Of a DNA stretch of 32,000 nt, positions 19,611 to 27,481 are shown piece after piece. The notes under the pieces are model-generated. The model searched no databases. It had not been told where the DNA came from and was given only the letters and a program-made list of their open reading frames with translations. The position numbers and the translations under genes are program-made. Position 1 is the first letter of the stretch. Each line of letters opens with the position of its first letter. Source of the DNA: Candidatus Nitrosopumilus koreensis AR1 (GTDB lineage: Archaea > Thermoproteota > Nitrososphaeria > Nitrososphaerales > Nitrosopumilaceae). The stretch lies in the NCBI RefSeq assembly GCF_000299365.1, contig NC_018655.1, positions 90,001 to 122,000 of the forward strand, in the 5' to 3' direction.

Positions 19611-20249
19611 ATGAGTGCAGTTTCTCCACAAGCAATCGAGGATTCTTTAAAACAATGCATGGATCCGGAAGTTCCTCTAAACATTGTAGAAATGGGACTA
19701 ATCTATGGAATTGATGTGGCAGAAAACAATGATGTCAATATCAAAATGACAATGACGACTCAAGGTTGCCCTCTTCATGAAACTCTCGTTTCTGATGCAA
19801 CAAGATTTGTCAAAAAAGTTCCCGGTGTAAACAATGTCAATATTGACATTGTGTGGGATCCACCCTGGTCCATGGATAAAATGTCTGAAGAGGCAAAAAC
19901 CAAAATCAAAAACATGGGATCTGGTATGAATACCCCTGCACCAATAAACTATGAAACTGCATTACCTCAAGGCGTTGGTAAACTAGTTCAACAAGAGGAC
20001 GGTTCTATGGTATTAGCAAACGAACATGACCAAGGATTCATGGTAAATCAAGCCATAGTTGATTTTTGGAAGTCATGTAATGGACAAAGAAAGGTTACAG
20101 ACTTGGTTGAAATCTTTGCACAACAAACAGGACTACAAAGAAATCAAGTTGAAAAAGAAGTTATGCAATTACTGCAACAATTGCGTGATGGTGGATTAAT
20201 TGCTATTGCTGGACAACCAGATGCTCCAAATGTTGAGTTTAAAAAATAA
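19611..20249 (+). CDS. DUF59/MIP18 family Fe-S assembly-type protein with C-terminal extension
   Basis: DSLKQCMDPEVPLNIVEMGLIYGIDV...MTMTTQGCPLHETLVSDATRFVKKVPGVNNVNIDIVWDPPWSMDKMSEEAK. Confidence 0.85.
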   Translation: MSAVSPQAIEDSLKQCMDPEVPLNIVEMGLIYGIDVAENNDVNIKMTMTTQGCPLHETLVSDATRFVKKVPGVNNVNIDIVWDPPWSMDKMSEEAKTKIKNMGSGMNTPAPINYETALPQGVGKLVQQEDGSMVLANEHDQGFMVNQAIVDFWKSCNGQRKVTDLVEIFAQQTGLQRNQVEKEVMQLLQQLRDGGLIAIAGQPDAPNVEFKK

Positions 20250-20251
20250 TT

Positions 20252-20899
20252 TTAGAAAATATAATTTGAATTTGCACCATCAAAGTTTATTGTAACTCCT
20301 GACAAGTACTTTATTTTATTCTGAATGATTGATTTTACAAAATTTCCAATCTCTTCAGGCTCCCCGAGTCTCTTCATTGGTAGAGATTGTTTGTATTCTT
20401 CAACATTTTCTATTAATTCCTGAGTCCTGTCAGTGTTGATTGGCCCTGGTGCAATATTGATACAGCTGACTTGATTTTCAGCATATTCCTTGCTTAATAC
20501 CTTGAAAATTTCAGCAAATGCTGCACGATATGCTGATGAAATTATTAATTTTGAATTTGGTTCTTTAATTACGCTTGAACTGATCAAAAAGATGTATCCG
20601 TTATCGCTGATCTTGATGTTTTGTAGAATAGTAACGAATCCCAAGAATAACTGATTGTGATATAGGTTCCAGTCCTCTTCCGTAATTGTTGCAAATGGCT
20701 TTGGGGAAGGTCCGCCGGTATTCAGAACAAGAATGTCTGTCTGAGTGTTTTTTTCCACAAATCTTCTAACGCTGCTCAAATCTGACGTGTCGATGTCTTT
20801 TCTAGAGGCTGCAAATACCTCTACACCTATGGACTTTAACGATTCTGAGATTGCCCTTCCTATTCCCCTTGAACCGCCCAGTACTATTGCGCTAGCCAT
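20252..20899 (-). CDS. Short-chain dehydrogenase/reductase
   Basis: ASAIVLGGSRGIGRAISESL...NTGGPSPKPF...YIFLISSS...SAYRAAFAEIFKVLSKEYA...CINIAPGPINTDR. Confidence 0.85.
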   Translation of the reverse strand: MASAIVLGGSRGIGRAISESLKSIGVEVFAASRKDIDTSDLSSVRRFVEKNTQTDILVLNTGGPSPKPFATITEEDWNLYHNQLFLGFVTILQNIKISDNGYIFLISSSVIKEPNSKLIISSAYRAAFAEIFKVLSKEYAENQVSCINIAPGPINTDRTQELIENVEEYKQSLPMKRLGEPEEIGNFVKSIIQNKIKYLSGVTINFDGANSNYIF

Positions 20900-20977
20900 A
20901 TGTTTTTCAAATAATACAAGACAATTAAATCTCTTGTAACGATTTCATCCACGCAAGTTATTTTCCGCATGCCTTTA

Positions 20978-22759
20978 CTATGCACTGATGTAATGCCATT
21001 CTGTGTCTTGTTCAAGTCCTACCAGCCCGTAAATTATGCTCATCATGGAGTCCTTTGGATGATTGAATTCTTTTTTGGCATCCAGTCTGGTATCAAGATC
21101 TTTCTTTAGATCCTTTCTTGTAACAGAGCAGAGCTCTGAGATCAACCATTCAGTCTCATATTCTCTGCTAGCAGAAAAAGGGATCATGAATTTAGATCTA
21201 GGATGGCCGCCTCTTGGATGGTGTCTTGATGTCTCAATCAGGTCGATGAATTTTTGTATCTGCGATGTCTTGTCAATCAAGATTCTGCCCGTCTCTTCCC
21301 CGTGCTCGTCTATCTTGTCACGATGAATCTGCATTGGCTTGCTCTCATTACTGATACTGCGGCATCCGTAGAAATTCTCGCTTCCAACTCCTGGAAACAT
21401 CCTACCGGAAGTTCTATTGGCACCGCCGTCCTGAATTGTCTTGACTTGTATTGCACCGTACCCCAAGTCCCCCACACCGATGTCCCACCTGCTTGCCCGA
21501 AACAACTCATTGATGTGTTCTGTTTGATCTAATTGGTTCTCAGATGGTCGCTTGTCAATGTACGCAAGCTGAATCCTGTCATACTTTTTCCAGTGAATCA
21601 AAATTGATATTACTGTACTTGACGGATTTCCAGAACCAAAGTCCACTCCCATAGATATTTTGATGGAATCTTTCATCACGTCCTTCCACATTGCAATCTC
21701 ATGCGGTTCCATCAACCCAAGATACCTGTAAGGATTCATGCAGGAGAGTACCATCTCCGGCGTGATTGGCCGTCCCTCTGACCTGTAAAATTTACCCATC
21801 ACGTGAGATGTAAAGTAAGACTTTGAATTGTTCTTTTCCTGGTATTCTATGGAGTAGAATGGGGATGTACGATACTTGTTTGTGGAATCGTCAATGGTCA
21901 GCGCGTTTGTTGCAAAAATTGTCTGCGGCAGATGATATCCGTGGTATATTGCATTTTCCGTGTTTTGCGGAACCCACCTTCCACTCAGAACCTCTTCAAG
22001 ATAATCTCCGACAACCAACCCGTTGCTGTCAAACCGTAACATGTCTCTCCAGTTGTGGTTGTCATAAACCCATTCCCGCTGATCAGATCTTTTCCACAGT
22101 TTCTCGTATGGCGAACCGAACTCACCACCCAATCCGAGAATCGACATCTTGCCTTTTGTTGCCATCATTGTCTGCCTTACCTTCTCCAAATGCTCAATGT
22201 CTTGGTACTGCGCCTCGTCCAGTATGCAGTGGTTCAGAGATTTTCCCTCTACGTGAATGTACTGGTTGTTGTCTGTCATGCAGTATATCGTGCTGCCGTT
22301 TTTCAGCGAAATCTCTCCCATGTTTCCAAGCTTATTGCGAGGAAACTTTGACAGTACTGGGTTCTGGCTAAACGTGCCAATCTGAAGTTTCTGTTTGGAA
22401 AAGCCAGTCAAGCTAGATTGGTTAAACGTGACATACCCAACCTGGATGCCGGGACTGGATGTTGCCTCGCATGCAAGCATGTCTGAGATGTATGTTGACT
22501 TGTAAATCTGCCTGCCTCCAACTATGATCTTCGAATGATAGTCGTCCATGTAGATGTCCTTCCAAAAGGGCGCAGTAAGAAACGTCCTTCTTTTCCCTTC
22601 TACTGTGGGCCGAGCCTTTTCTATCCATTCCAAAGGATCTGTTGGCAATGTGATGAGATGTGATGATCTTTTTGCACGTCTTTTCTTTATCTTGTTGATT
22701 GCATCTTTTGCAATCTTTCTGTGTCCCACATTCCAACTACTAAACAGCGCCATTTTCAA
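20978..22759 (-). CDS. terL: Phage-type terminase large subunit (ATPase + RNase H-like nuclease)
   Basis: Walker A-like SKIIVGGRQIYKSTY; Walker B HCILDEAQYQDIEHL; motif ILGLGGEFGSPY; nuclease motifs SMGVDFGSGNPSST, VGDLGYGAIQ and a C-terminal NHPKDSMMSIIYGL (D) motif. Confidence 0.8.
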   Translation of the reverse strand: MKMALFSSWNVGHRKIAKDAINKIKKRRAKRSSHLITLPTDPLEWIEKARPTVEGKRRTFLTAPFWKDIYMDDYHSKIIVGGRQIYKSTYISDMLACEATSSPGIQVGYVTFNQSSLTGFSKQKLQIGTFSQNPVLSKFPRNKLGNMGEISLKNGSTIYCMTDNNQYIHVEGKSLNHCILDEAQYQDIEHLEKVRQTMMATKGKMSILGLGGEFGSPYEKLWKRSDQREWVYDNHNWRDMLRFDSNGLVVGDYLEEVLSGRWVPQNTENAIYHGYHLPQTIFATNALTIDDSTNKYRTSPFYSIEYQEKNNSKSYFTSHVMGKFYRSEGRPITPEMVLSCMNPYRYLGLMEPHEIAMWKDVMKDSIKISMGVDFGSGNPSSTVISILIHWKKYDRIQLAYIDKRPSENQLDQTEHINELFRASRWDIGVGDLGYGAIQVKTIQDGGANRTSGRMFPGVGSENFYGCRSISNESKPMQIHRDKIDEHGEETGRILIDKTSQIQKFIDLIETSRHHPRGGHPRSKFMIPFSASREYETEWLISELCSVTRKDLKKDLDTRLDAKKEFNHPKDSMMSIIYGLVGLEQDTEWHYISA

Positions 22760-23210
22760 TCATATACTCCTTGATTTCCCTGGATAGTACTATGTCTGCA
22801 GTAGGAGTGACTGTGAGGTTTGTCTTTTTTAGAATCATGTCTGAAATTTTTTCAATCAGCAAAATACTTGTCTTGTAGATGTTGTTCTCAAGATTTGGTA
22901 TTCCGTTATTTTGCTCAATGCTGTATGTGATTTGTTTTTCTAGCGTTTCTTGTATCTTGTAAAGCTTTGACAGTTGGTTGTCTAGCGCAATATTGGAGTT
23001 TGAGATTATGATCTTTGATCTTTTAACAAAGTCTGGGTGTTCCGTAGATGCGATTTCGTCATACCACTTTTTGTAATATTTTTTTACAGTGTTGTGATTG
23101 ATCTTTGTCTCTCTAGATGCAATAGACACGGTCAACATTTTTTCAAAGTATGGCCGCAACTTTTTTTCAATACGCAATTGGTCTGCTTTGCTTGGCCTAC
23201 CTTTATTCAC
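22740..23210 (-). CDS. Probable terminase small subunit / HTH DNA-binding protein
   Basis: HTH-like segment FEKMLTVSIASRETKINHNTVKKYYKKWYDEI followed by a helical region. It sits immediately upstream of terL and overlaps it by 20 nt. Confidence 0.5.
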   Translation of the reverse strand: MNKGRPSKADQLRIEKKLRPYFEKMLTVSIASRETKINHNTVKKYYKKWYDEIASTEHPDFVKRSKIIISNSNIALDNQLSKLYKIQETLEKQITYSIEQNNGIPNLENNIYKTSILLIEKISDMILKKTNLTVTPTADIVLSREIKEYMIENGAV

Positions 23211-23398
23211 TAGAAACCCTCCTGGATATTTTTTGTAAATGTATTTTCAAATGAAAGTTGCTCATAAATTAAAAAAGCACTGCAAGCTAGAAATGTATTT
23301 GATTTTTTTAAAAGTTTAGTTTCCCCCGCTTTCATTCCTGTAACTGGACAAACGCTGTCCAATTGACTGTCCAATAAGAAAAATTTCCACTCCGCGTA

Positions 23399-23492
23399 GA
23401 GCTCTCTTGGCCTATTTACGCATCACATTAGAGCTCAAAACAGAGCTCAAATGTACAAAATGTGAGCTCAATACGAATAGCATTTTGAGCTC
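23399..23492. repeat. Cluster of five GAGCTC palindromes in 94 bp, some in extended GAGCTCAAA / TTTTGAGCTC arrangement
   Basis: GAGCTC at 23399-23404, 23431-23436, 23443-23448, 23464-23469 and 23487-23492. GAGCTCAAAA and CATTTTGAGCTC form an inverted pair. Nearby, TGTCCAAT is directly repeated (about 23357-23374). Confidence 0.75.
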
Positions 23493-23759
23493 TGAGATGA
23501 ATCCACTAATGACGCACCATCTTTTTTGGGATGTTTTGCTCGTCTCTTGTCTGTCTCTGGGTTGTTTTGGGATGCACAAAAAACCAGCTACAGTACTTGT
23601 GAGCTATGCATGTGCAGTGAGCTGTTATGCGCATGTCCCAGAATACTTTGGAAAGGGCTCTGCAGTGCTGTGATGACAATCGGTTTTTGTCTAAACTCTC
23701 AAGTTCACACTTTTTTGAAAATCAACGTGATAGTTATATCCAAAAGTACGATACTGTGA

Positions 23760-24824
23760 ATGTTGAATCCAGTAATTTATGCCGGCATAGCGTGCGGTTC
23801 AATCGTAGCCATTTTGGGGATTTTCATTGCACTGGATGCAAATTCCGCATCTCAACTCCAGTTCACTGCAGTAGAAAACGAAGATTTTGATTTCATGTCA
23901 TTGTCAATGGATAGCACTTATGCCGTTTGTAATCCAACAGGCTTTCCAACAAGTTTTGATAAAATCTACGCTCAACTATATTACAAAAATGACGAGGTAG
24001 CTGATTTTACGATATGGGGCTCTTCAATTCCTGCGGGAAAGGCAGTTGACGTTGATGGGAGAATTGACATTAACGCTCAAACTGTCTTGCAAATGTTCTT
24101 GGGAGCGTTTGCTGGCGCTTTTGCAGGCCAGACGCAAGAATTTGATGAAGAAGACGTAACGATAATTCTGAAAGTTGAAAAATCACTTCTTGGTTTCATA
24201 CCGTACACATATGAAAAACAAATGTCCAGCGGGAATTTGGACGACATACAAAAATTCTTTGTCAGCACAACCGATGCAAAATGGGATTGTGATTATTCTC
24301 CAAAACAACAACAAGATTATGAAGAAAGAGGATTTGACACATCAAAACCACTGTCAGAAAACATAGAACGCGAAAGCACGATTACAAAGATTAACCAAAT
24401 CAAGGAAAGCAAGGAGAATTACAGAAAAACAGTTTCTGCTTTGTATGACTGGGATTCCATCTGGTATGATGAAGAAAACAATGTCACGATATCCAACAAA
24501 TTTGATCAAATTTTAGGCGTTTATGAGGATTATCCAACAAGCGTCTGCAAGGGTGATGTGGTGAGTATTCGTGGAAAATTATTAACTTCTGAAGGGATTC
24601 CAATCAGAGATTATCTGATTACTCTTGATGAGGAAATTACTTTAAAACGCCTAGACAATGTTAGGACAGATTCTGATGGAAATTTTGAATTTCTTTGGGT
24701 TGCAGAACATGTTAGACCTGCAGTAACCTATTCGCCATTGGGCAAAATGAGTTTAGAGATGTTAATGGTTGACACTCCGGAAAATTTTATTCCTGTGAAA
24801 GTTATTGAAGTGTGGGATTGCTAG
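23760..24824 (+). CDS. Membrane-anchored extracellular protein with LEA14-like and C-terminal beta-sandwich (CarboxypepD_reg/Big-like) domains
   Basis: N-terminal TM segment VIYAGIACGSIVAILGIFIALDA; FTAVENEDFDFMSLSMDSTYAVCNPTGFPTSFDKIYAQLYY (LEA14-like); VVSIRGKLLTSEGIPIRDYLITLDEE...VRTDSDGNFEFLW. Confidence 0.55.
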   Translation: MLNPVIYAGIACGSIVAILGIFIALDANSASQLQFTAVENEDFDFMSLSMDSTYAVCNPTGFPTSFDKIYAQLYYKNDEVADFTIWGSSIPAGKAVDVDGRIDINAQTVLQMFLGAFAGAFAGQTQEFDEEDVTIILKVEKSLLGFIPYTYEKQMSSGNLDDIQKFFVSTTDAKWDCDYSPKQQQDYEERGFDTSKPLSENIERESTITKINQIKESKENYRKTVSALYDWDSIWYDEENNVTISNKFDQILGVYEDYPTSVCKGDVVSIRGKLLTSEGIPIRDYLITLDEEITLKRLDNVRTDSDGNFEFLWVAEHVRPAVTYSPLGKMSLEMLMVDTPENFIPVKVIEVWDC

Positions 24825-24906
24825 ATTCCAAGATCCCATTTACTATACCGCAAATTATTCAAGAAAAAACAACAAATGCTTAAGTTCATACAAAAATTTT
24901 AGATGT

Positions 24907-25134
24907 ATGGCCGTAACAATTTCAGGCATTGTTGAGAAAACAATTGCAGGTATTTTAGGCGGTTTGGTGGTTTTACTTCTTGGAAATTATGCAAAAATCG
25001 AAACATTACAAAATTTTGTGAATGCAGTTTCCCTTAACGATGCTATTTTAATCACAATCATCATAATTGTCGGGGTAATTTTGGCAATATTGGTGATTAG
25101 AAGGAGAAGAAGGTGGCATTGGGTCTCAGGCTAG
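24907..25134 (+). CDS. Small membrane protein with two predicted TM helices
   Basis: MAVTISGIVEKTIAGILGGLVVLLLGNY...AILITIIIIVGVILAILVIRRRRRWHWVSG. The internal ATG is preferred over the upstream ORF start at 24805, which overlaps the previous gene. Confidence 0.5.
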   Translation: MAVTISGIVEKTIAGILGGLVVLLLGNYAKIETLQNFVNAVSLNDAILITIIIIVGVILAILVIRRRRRWHWVSG

Positions 25135-25186
25135 AAAATTTAGCCGTCTCCAAAATTTAACAATACCTGATTTTAGATATTTGAGC

Positions 25187-26041
25187 CTATTTTACAATAG
25201 AATATTCTGATTTCCCACTAATGATGTCCCATTTTACTAATTTTAATTCCGCAAGACGGCCCATGGTTGCAACCCTTTCTGAAGTTACAGAATATACCTT
25301 ATCTGCTTCGTCAGGATTGTGGATTCTTAGATACTCAATCCATTCTTCTTTGAATACATCATCTAATTCATCAGAAGACATTTTTTTAGTTTCTAGTTCT
25401 TTCATAATCCGTTTAACTACTTTATTCTCAAAATCAAATTTTGAAATTATTTGTTTACGGATTAGTTTTACTTCCTCATTTGAAAAATTAGAATCAAATC
25501 TATCTTCATCTAATATAGGATTTTCTAGTATTGCAAATTCTTTTCCTAAATCAGACAATGTAAGAAAACAGCCATCATCATTAATTTTTGCTCTAACCAG
25601 TCCTAATTCAAAACATGCACCTTTAAAATCCAAATCTTTTTTAAGAAAACGTCCAACGAATTGTTCTTTAAAACGAAGTTCACTTGCAGCTATTTTATCT
25701 AATTTTTTCTTTTTCTTAACTCCCTTCAAATTTTTTGTTTCGGATTTTGGCAAGGGCAATCCTGTCGAGAGTTTTTCATTTCGGCCCAACTCATTTTCAT
25801 CTTCATATGCTTTTAATTGATCTGATACTCTTTCTGCATACTCAAATGATTTTTCTCTTAACTCGTCTAATGAGAACCAAATTTTGTTTGTTGATGTAAT
25901 TAAATTTGCTAATGTCCGTACAATAATTTTAACAGGAAAAAATCTATTGTAAAACGTCCAAATCATAGAACCATATGATAAGATAATTTCATTTTTCTCA
26001 GTTTCAACACCTGTTAGTAATCCATGTAATTCTCTTTGCAT
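25187..26041 (-). CDS. Uncharacterised protein with likely winged-helix C-terminus
   Basis: Long minus-strand ORF with balanced composition. C-terminal MSSDELDDVFKEEWIEYLR...VTSERVATMGRLAELKLVKWDIISGKSEYSI reads as wHTH-like. The start may be 25963 (MIWTFYNRF), which would avoid the 38-nt overlap. Confidence 0.5.
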   Translation of the reverse strand: MQRELHGLLTGVETEKNEIILSYGSMIWTFYNRFFPVKIIVRTLANLITSTNKIWFSLDELREKSFEYAERVSDQLKAYEDENELGRNEKLSTGLPLPKSETKNLKGVKKKKKLDKIAASELRFKEQFVGRFLKKDLDFKGACFELGLVRAKINDDGCFLTLSDLGKEFAILENPILDEDRFDSNFSNEEVKLIRKQIISKFDFENKVVKRIMKELETKKMSSDELDDVFKEEWIEYLRIHNPDEADKVYSVTSERVATMGRLAELKLVKWDIISGKSEYSIVK

Positions 26042-26243
26042 TTCTTTGATTATTTTTTTTAATTTCTAAATCGAGTGGTTTTGAAGAACCGATACCTTCA
26101 GTTGAAGATTCTGATTGTTCTTCTTGAATTTGATTGTTTAATGCAATTTTGATAAAATCATACAAATCATCATATTTTCCATCTTTTACCAAATCCTCAA
26201 TCTTTTTGTATAGATCGCTATCAATGTCTACCTTGATTAGCAT
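26004..26243 (-). CDS. Small ribbon-helix-helix-like protein (possible regulator/antitoxin)
   Basis: MLIKVDIDSDLYKKIEDLVKDGKYDDLYDFIKIALNNQIQEEQ has the RHH beta-strand + two-helix pattern with the phrase GKYDDLYDFIKIAL. Confidence 0.55.
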   Translation of the reverse strand: MLIKVDIDSDLYKKIEDLVKDGKYDDLYDFIKIALNNQIQEEQSESSTEGIGSSKPLDLEIKKNNQRNAKRITWITNRC

Positions 26244-26266
26244 GGGTGTATTTCGTGCCTGTATTA

Positions 26267-26280
26267 TTTAAAATATATAG
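26267..26280 (-). promoter_or_regulatory. Putative archaeal TATA box for the 26243 minus-strand operon (leaderless arrangement)
   Basis: CTATATATTTTAAA on the minus strand, centred about 30 nt upstream of the ATG at 26243. Confidence 0.4.
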
Positions 26281-26346
26281 TAAAACACTCTAAATATTCA
26301 ATGTATTTCGTGTTATACATAGATCCATATGTTATATCCTTTTTAG

Positions 26347-26383
26347 ATACTCTTTTATACTGTATAATACTCTTTATACTGTA
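26347..26383. repeat. Tandem near-identical repeat ATACTCTTTTATACTGTA / ATACTCTTTATACTGTA immediately upstream of the PIN gene
   Basis: Copies at 26347-26364 and 26367-26383, with copy starts 20 bp apart, lie in the divergent intergenic region between the RHH gene and the PIN gene. Each copy includes TTTATAC. Confidence 0.7.
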
Positions 26384-26386
26384 GGT

Positions 26387-26815
26387 ATGGCAACCGTACA
26401 GTTTGAATCGATGTTGGCTTTAGACTCTTGTGTAGTAATTGCTACAATCAAGAGTCCAAAAATAGCCAGAAAAATTATCCGCATTTTTAGAGGAAACAAT
26501 AGCAGAGTAATCCTTCAAGATGTAGTCTTAAAGGAAGCATCAAAAATTCTTGGAATTCCAAAAGAAGAAGTCCTAGAAAAAATCAGCGCAATTCTCAGAA
26601 AAGAGGTACAGGTATTTACAACAACTGACTCTATGAGAAATGAAGCAACTAGATATGAAAACCAATATGGGATATGTCACAATCCAGACAGTAAAATTCT
26701 AGCTGCGGCAAAGACATTTTCCTGGACACTTCTTACTATGGATAAGAAGATGCTTCAGACTGCAGAGTTTGAAGGAATTTTAGCACTAAACCCAGTATGG
26801 GTGGGAGGAAAATAA
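26387..26815 (+). CDS. PIN-domain protein (putative ribonuclease)
   Basis: MLALDSCVVIATIKSPK...VILQDVVLKEASKIL...ICHNPDSKILAAAKTFSWTLLTMDKKMLQTA has the D/E/D/D pattern of PIN domains. Confidence 0.7.
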   Translation: MATVQFESMLALDSCVVIATIKSPKIARKIIRIFRGNNSRVILQDVVLKEASKILGIPKEEVLEKISAILRKEVQVFTTTDSMRNEATRYENQYGICHNPDSKILAAAKTFSWTLLTMDKKMLQTAEFEGILALNPVWVGGK

Positions 26816-26817
26816 AA

Positions 26818-27360
26818 TTGCCTCATTATTACTTTGATATTGAGACTACGGGACTAGACCCAAAGGTAGATGAAATCCTAACCATTCAATATCAAAAGAT
26901 TTCAGTTCATACAGGTGAAGCTGTAGGCCCACTGACAATTCTGTCTAGTTGGGAATATTCCGAAGAAGACATTGTAAAAGAGATTGCAGTCAACATGCTA
27001 GATGAATACCCTTGGAATTTCGTTCCGGTTGGAAACAATCTGACATTTGAGTTCAAATTTCTGTCTGAGAAATTTAGAAAATATCTTGGAACAGAAATTG
27101 ATGTAGAGTTTTTTGTTACAAGACCTCACATAGATCTCAAATCAGTAATGATACTTGCAAACTCTGGCAAATTCAAAGGATGTCACCTAGTACTTGGAAA
27201 ACAGGGCAATGGCTCTGAAGTTCCAACATGGTATGAAAACGGAGAGTTTCAAAAAATTATTGAGTATGTAAAAGACGAGGCAAATTGTTTTCTCAACTTT
27301 ACATCAGAAGCACAGAAAGTATTGGGAAATAGATTCACGGGAGGACAAAGAAATGTCTGA
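26818..27360 (+). CDS. DEDD-type 3'-5' exonuclease (RNase H-like / PolB exo-like)
   Basis: MPHYYFDIETTGLDPKVDEILTIQYQ (Exo I); VPVGNNLTFEFKFLSEKF (Exo II); IEYVKDEA near the C-terminus (Exo III-like). The TTG at 26818 is preceded by GGGAGGA; the ORF as given starts at 26797. Confidence 0.7.
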   Translation: MPHYYFDIETTGLDPKVDEILTIQYQKISVHTGEAVGPLTILSSWEYSEEDIVKEIAVNMLDEYPWNFVPVGNNLTFEFKFLSEKFRKYLGTEIDVEFFVTRPHIDLKSVMILANSGKFKGCHLVLGKQGNGSEVPTWYENGEFQKIIEYVKDEANCFLNFTSEAQKVLGNRFTGGQRNV

Positions 27361-27481
27361 CAATCAAAGAGTTGTAAAACTTCCTTCGCAAGTTATTCTT
27401 TTAGTGCTCAAAACTGAGGCTAGAATGGACGAATTTCTGGCAAAACAGGCACAAAAATTGGAGGTTGAGGGTCTTGTCTAA
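27353..27481 (+). CDS. Small 42-aa protein MSDNQRVVKLPSQVILLVLKTEARMDEFLAKQAQKLEVEGLV
   Basis: The ATG at 27353 is preceded by GGGAGGA (27339-27345). It overlaps both neighbours and fills what would otherwise be a gap. It is not in the supplied ORF track, presumably because of a length cutoff. Confidence 0.55.
   Translation: MSDNQRVVKLPSQVILLVLKTEARMDEFLAKQAQKLEVEGLV

Noticed and set aside
21063-22787. Several plus- and minus-strand ORFs (21063-21326, 21254-21532, 21823-22371, 22055-22351, 22422-22736, 22554-22787) overlapping terL
   Set aside because: They are shadow ORFs in higher-GC coding sequence. Their proteins are Cys/His/Ser-rich with no recognisable domains, while the terL frame has coherent family motifs throughout.
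23407-23890. Plus-strand ORFs 23407-23673, 23526-23759 and 23627-23890
   Set aside because: They overlap one another in different frames, show low-complexity non-protein-like composition, cover the GAGCTC repeat region and run into the start of the better-supported 23760 gene.
26797-26817. Supplied start of the DEDD exonuclease ORF at 26797 (MGGRKIKLPHYYF)
   Set aside because: That start lies inside the PIN gene. The TTG at 26818 directly follows its stop, is preceded by GGGAGGA, and yields MPHYYFDIETTG, the expected N-terminus for the family.
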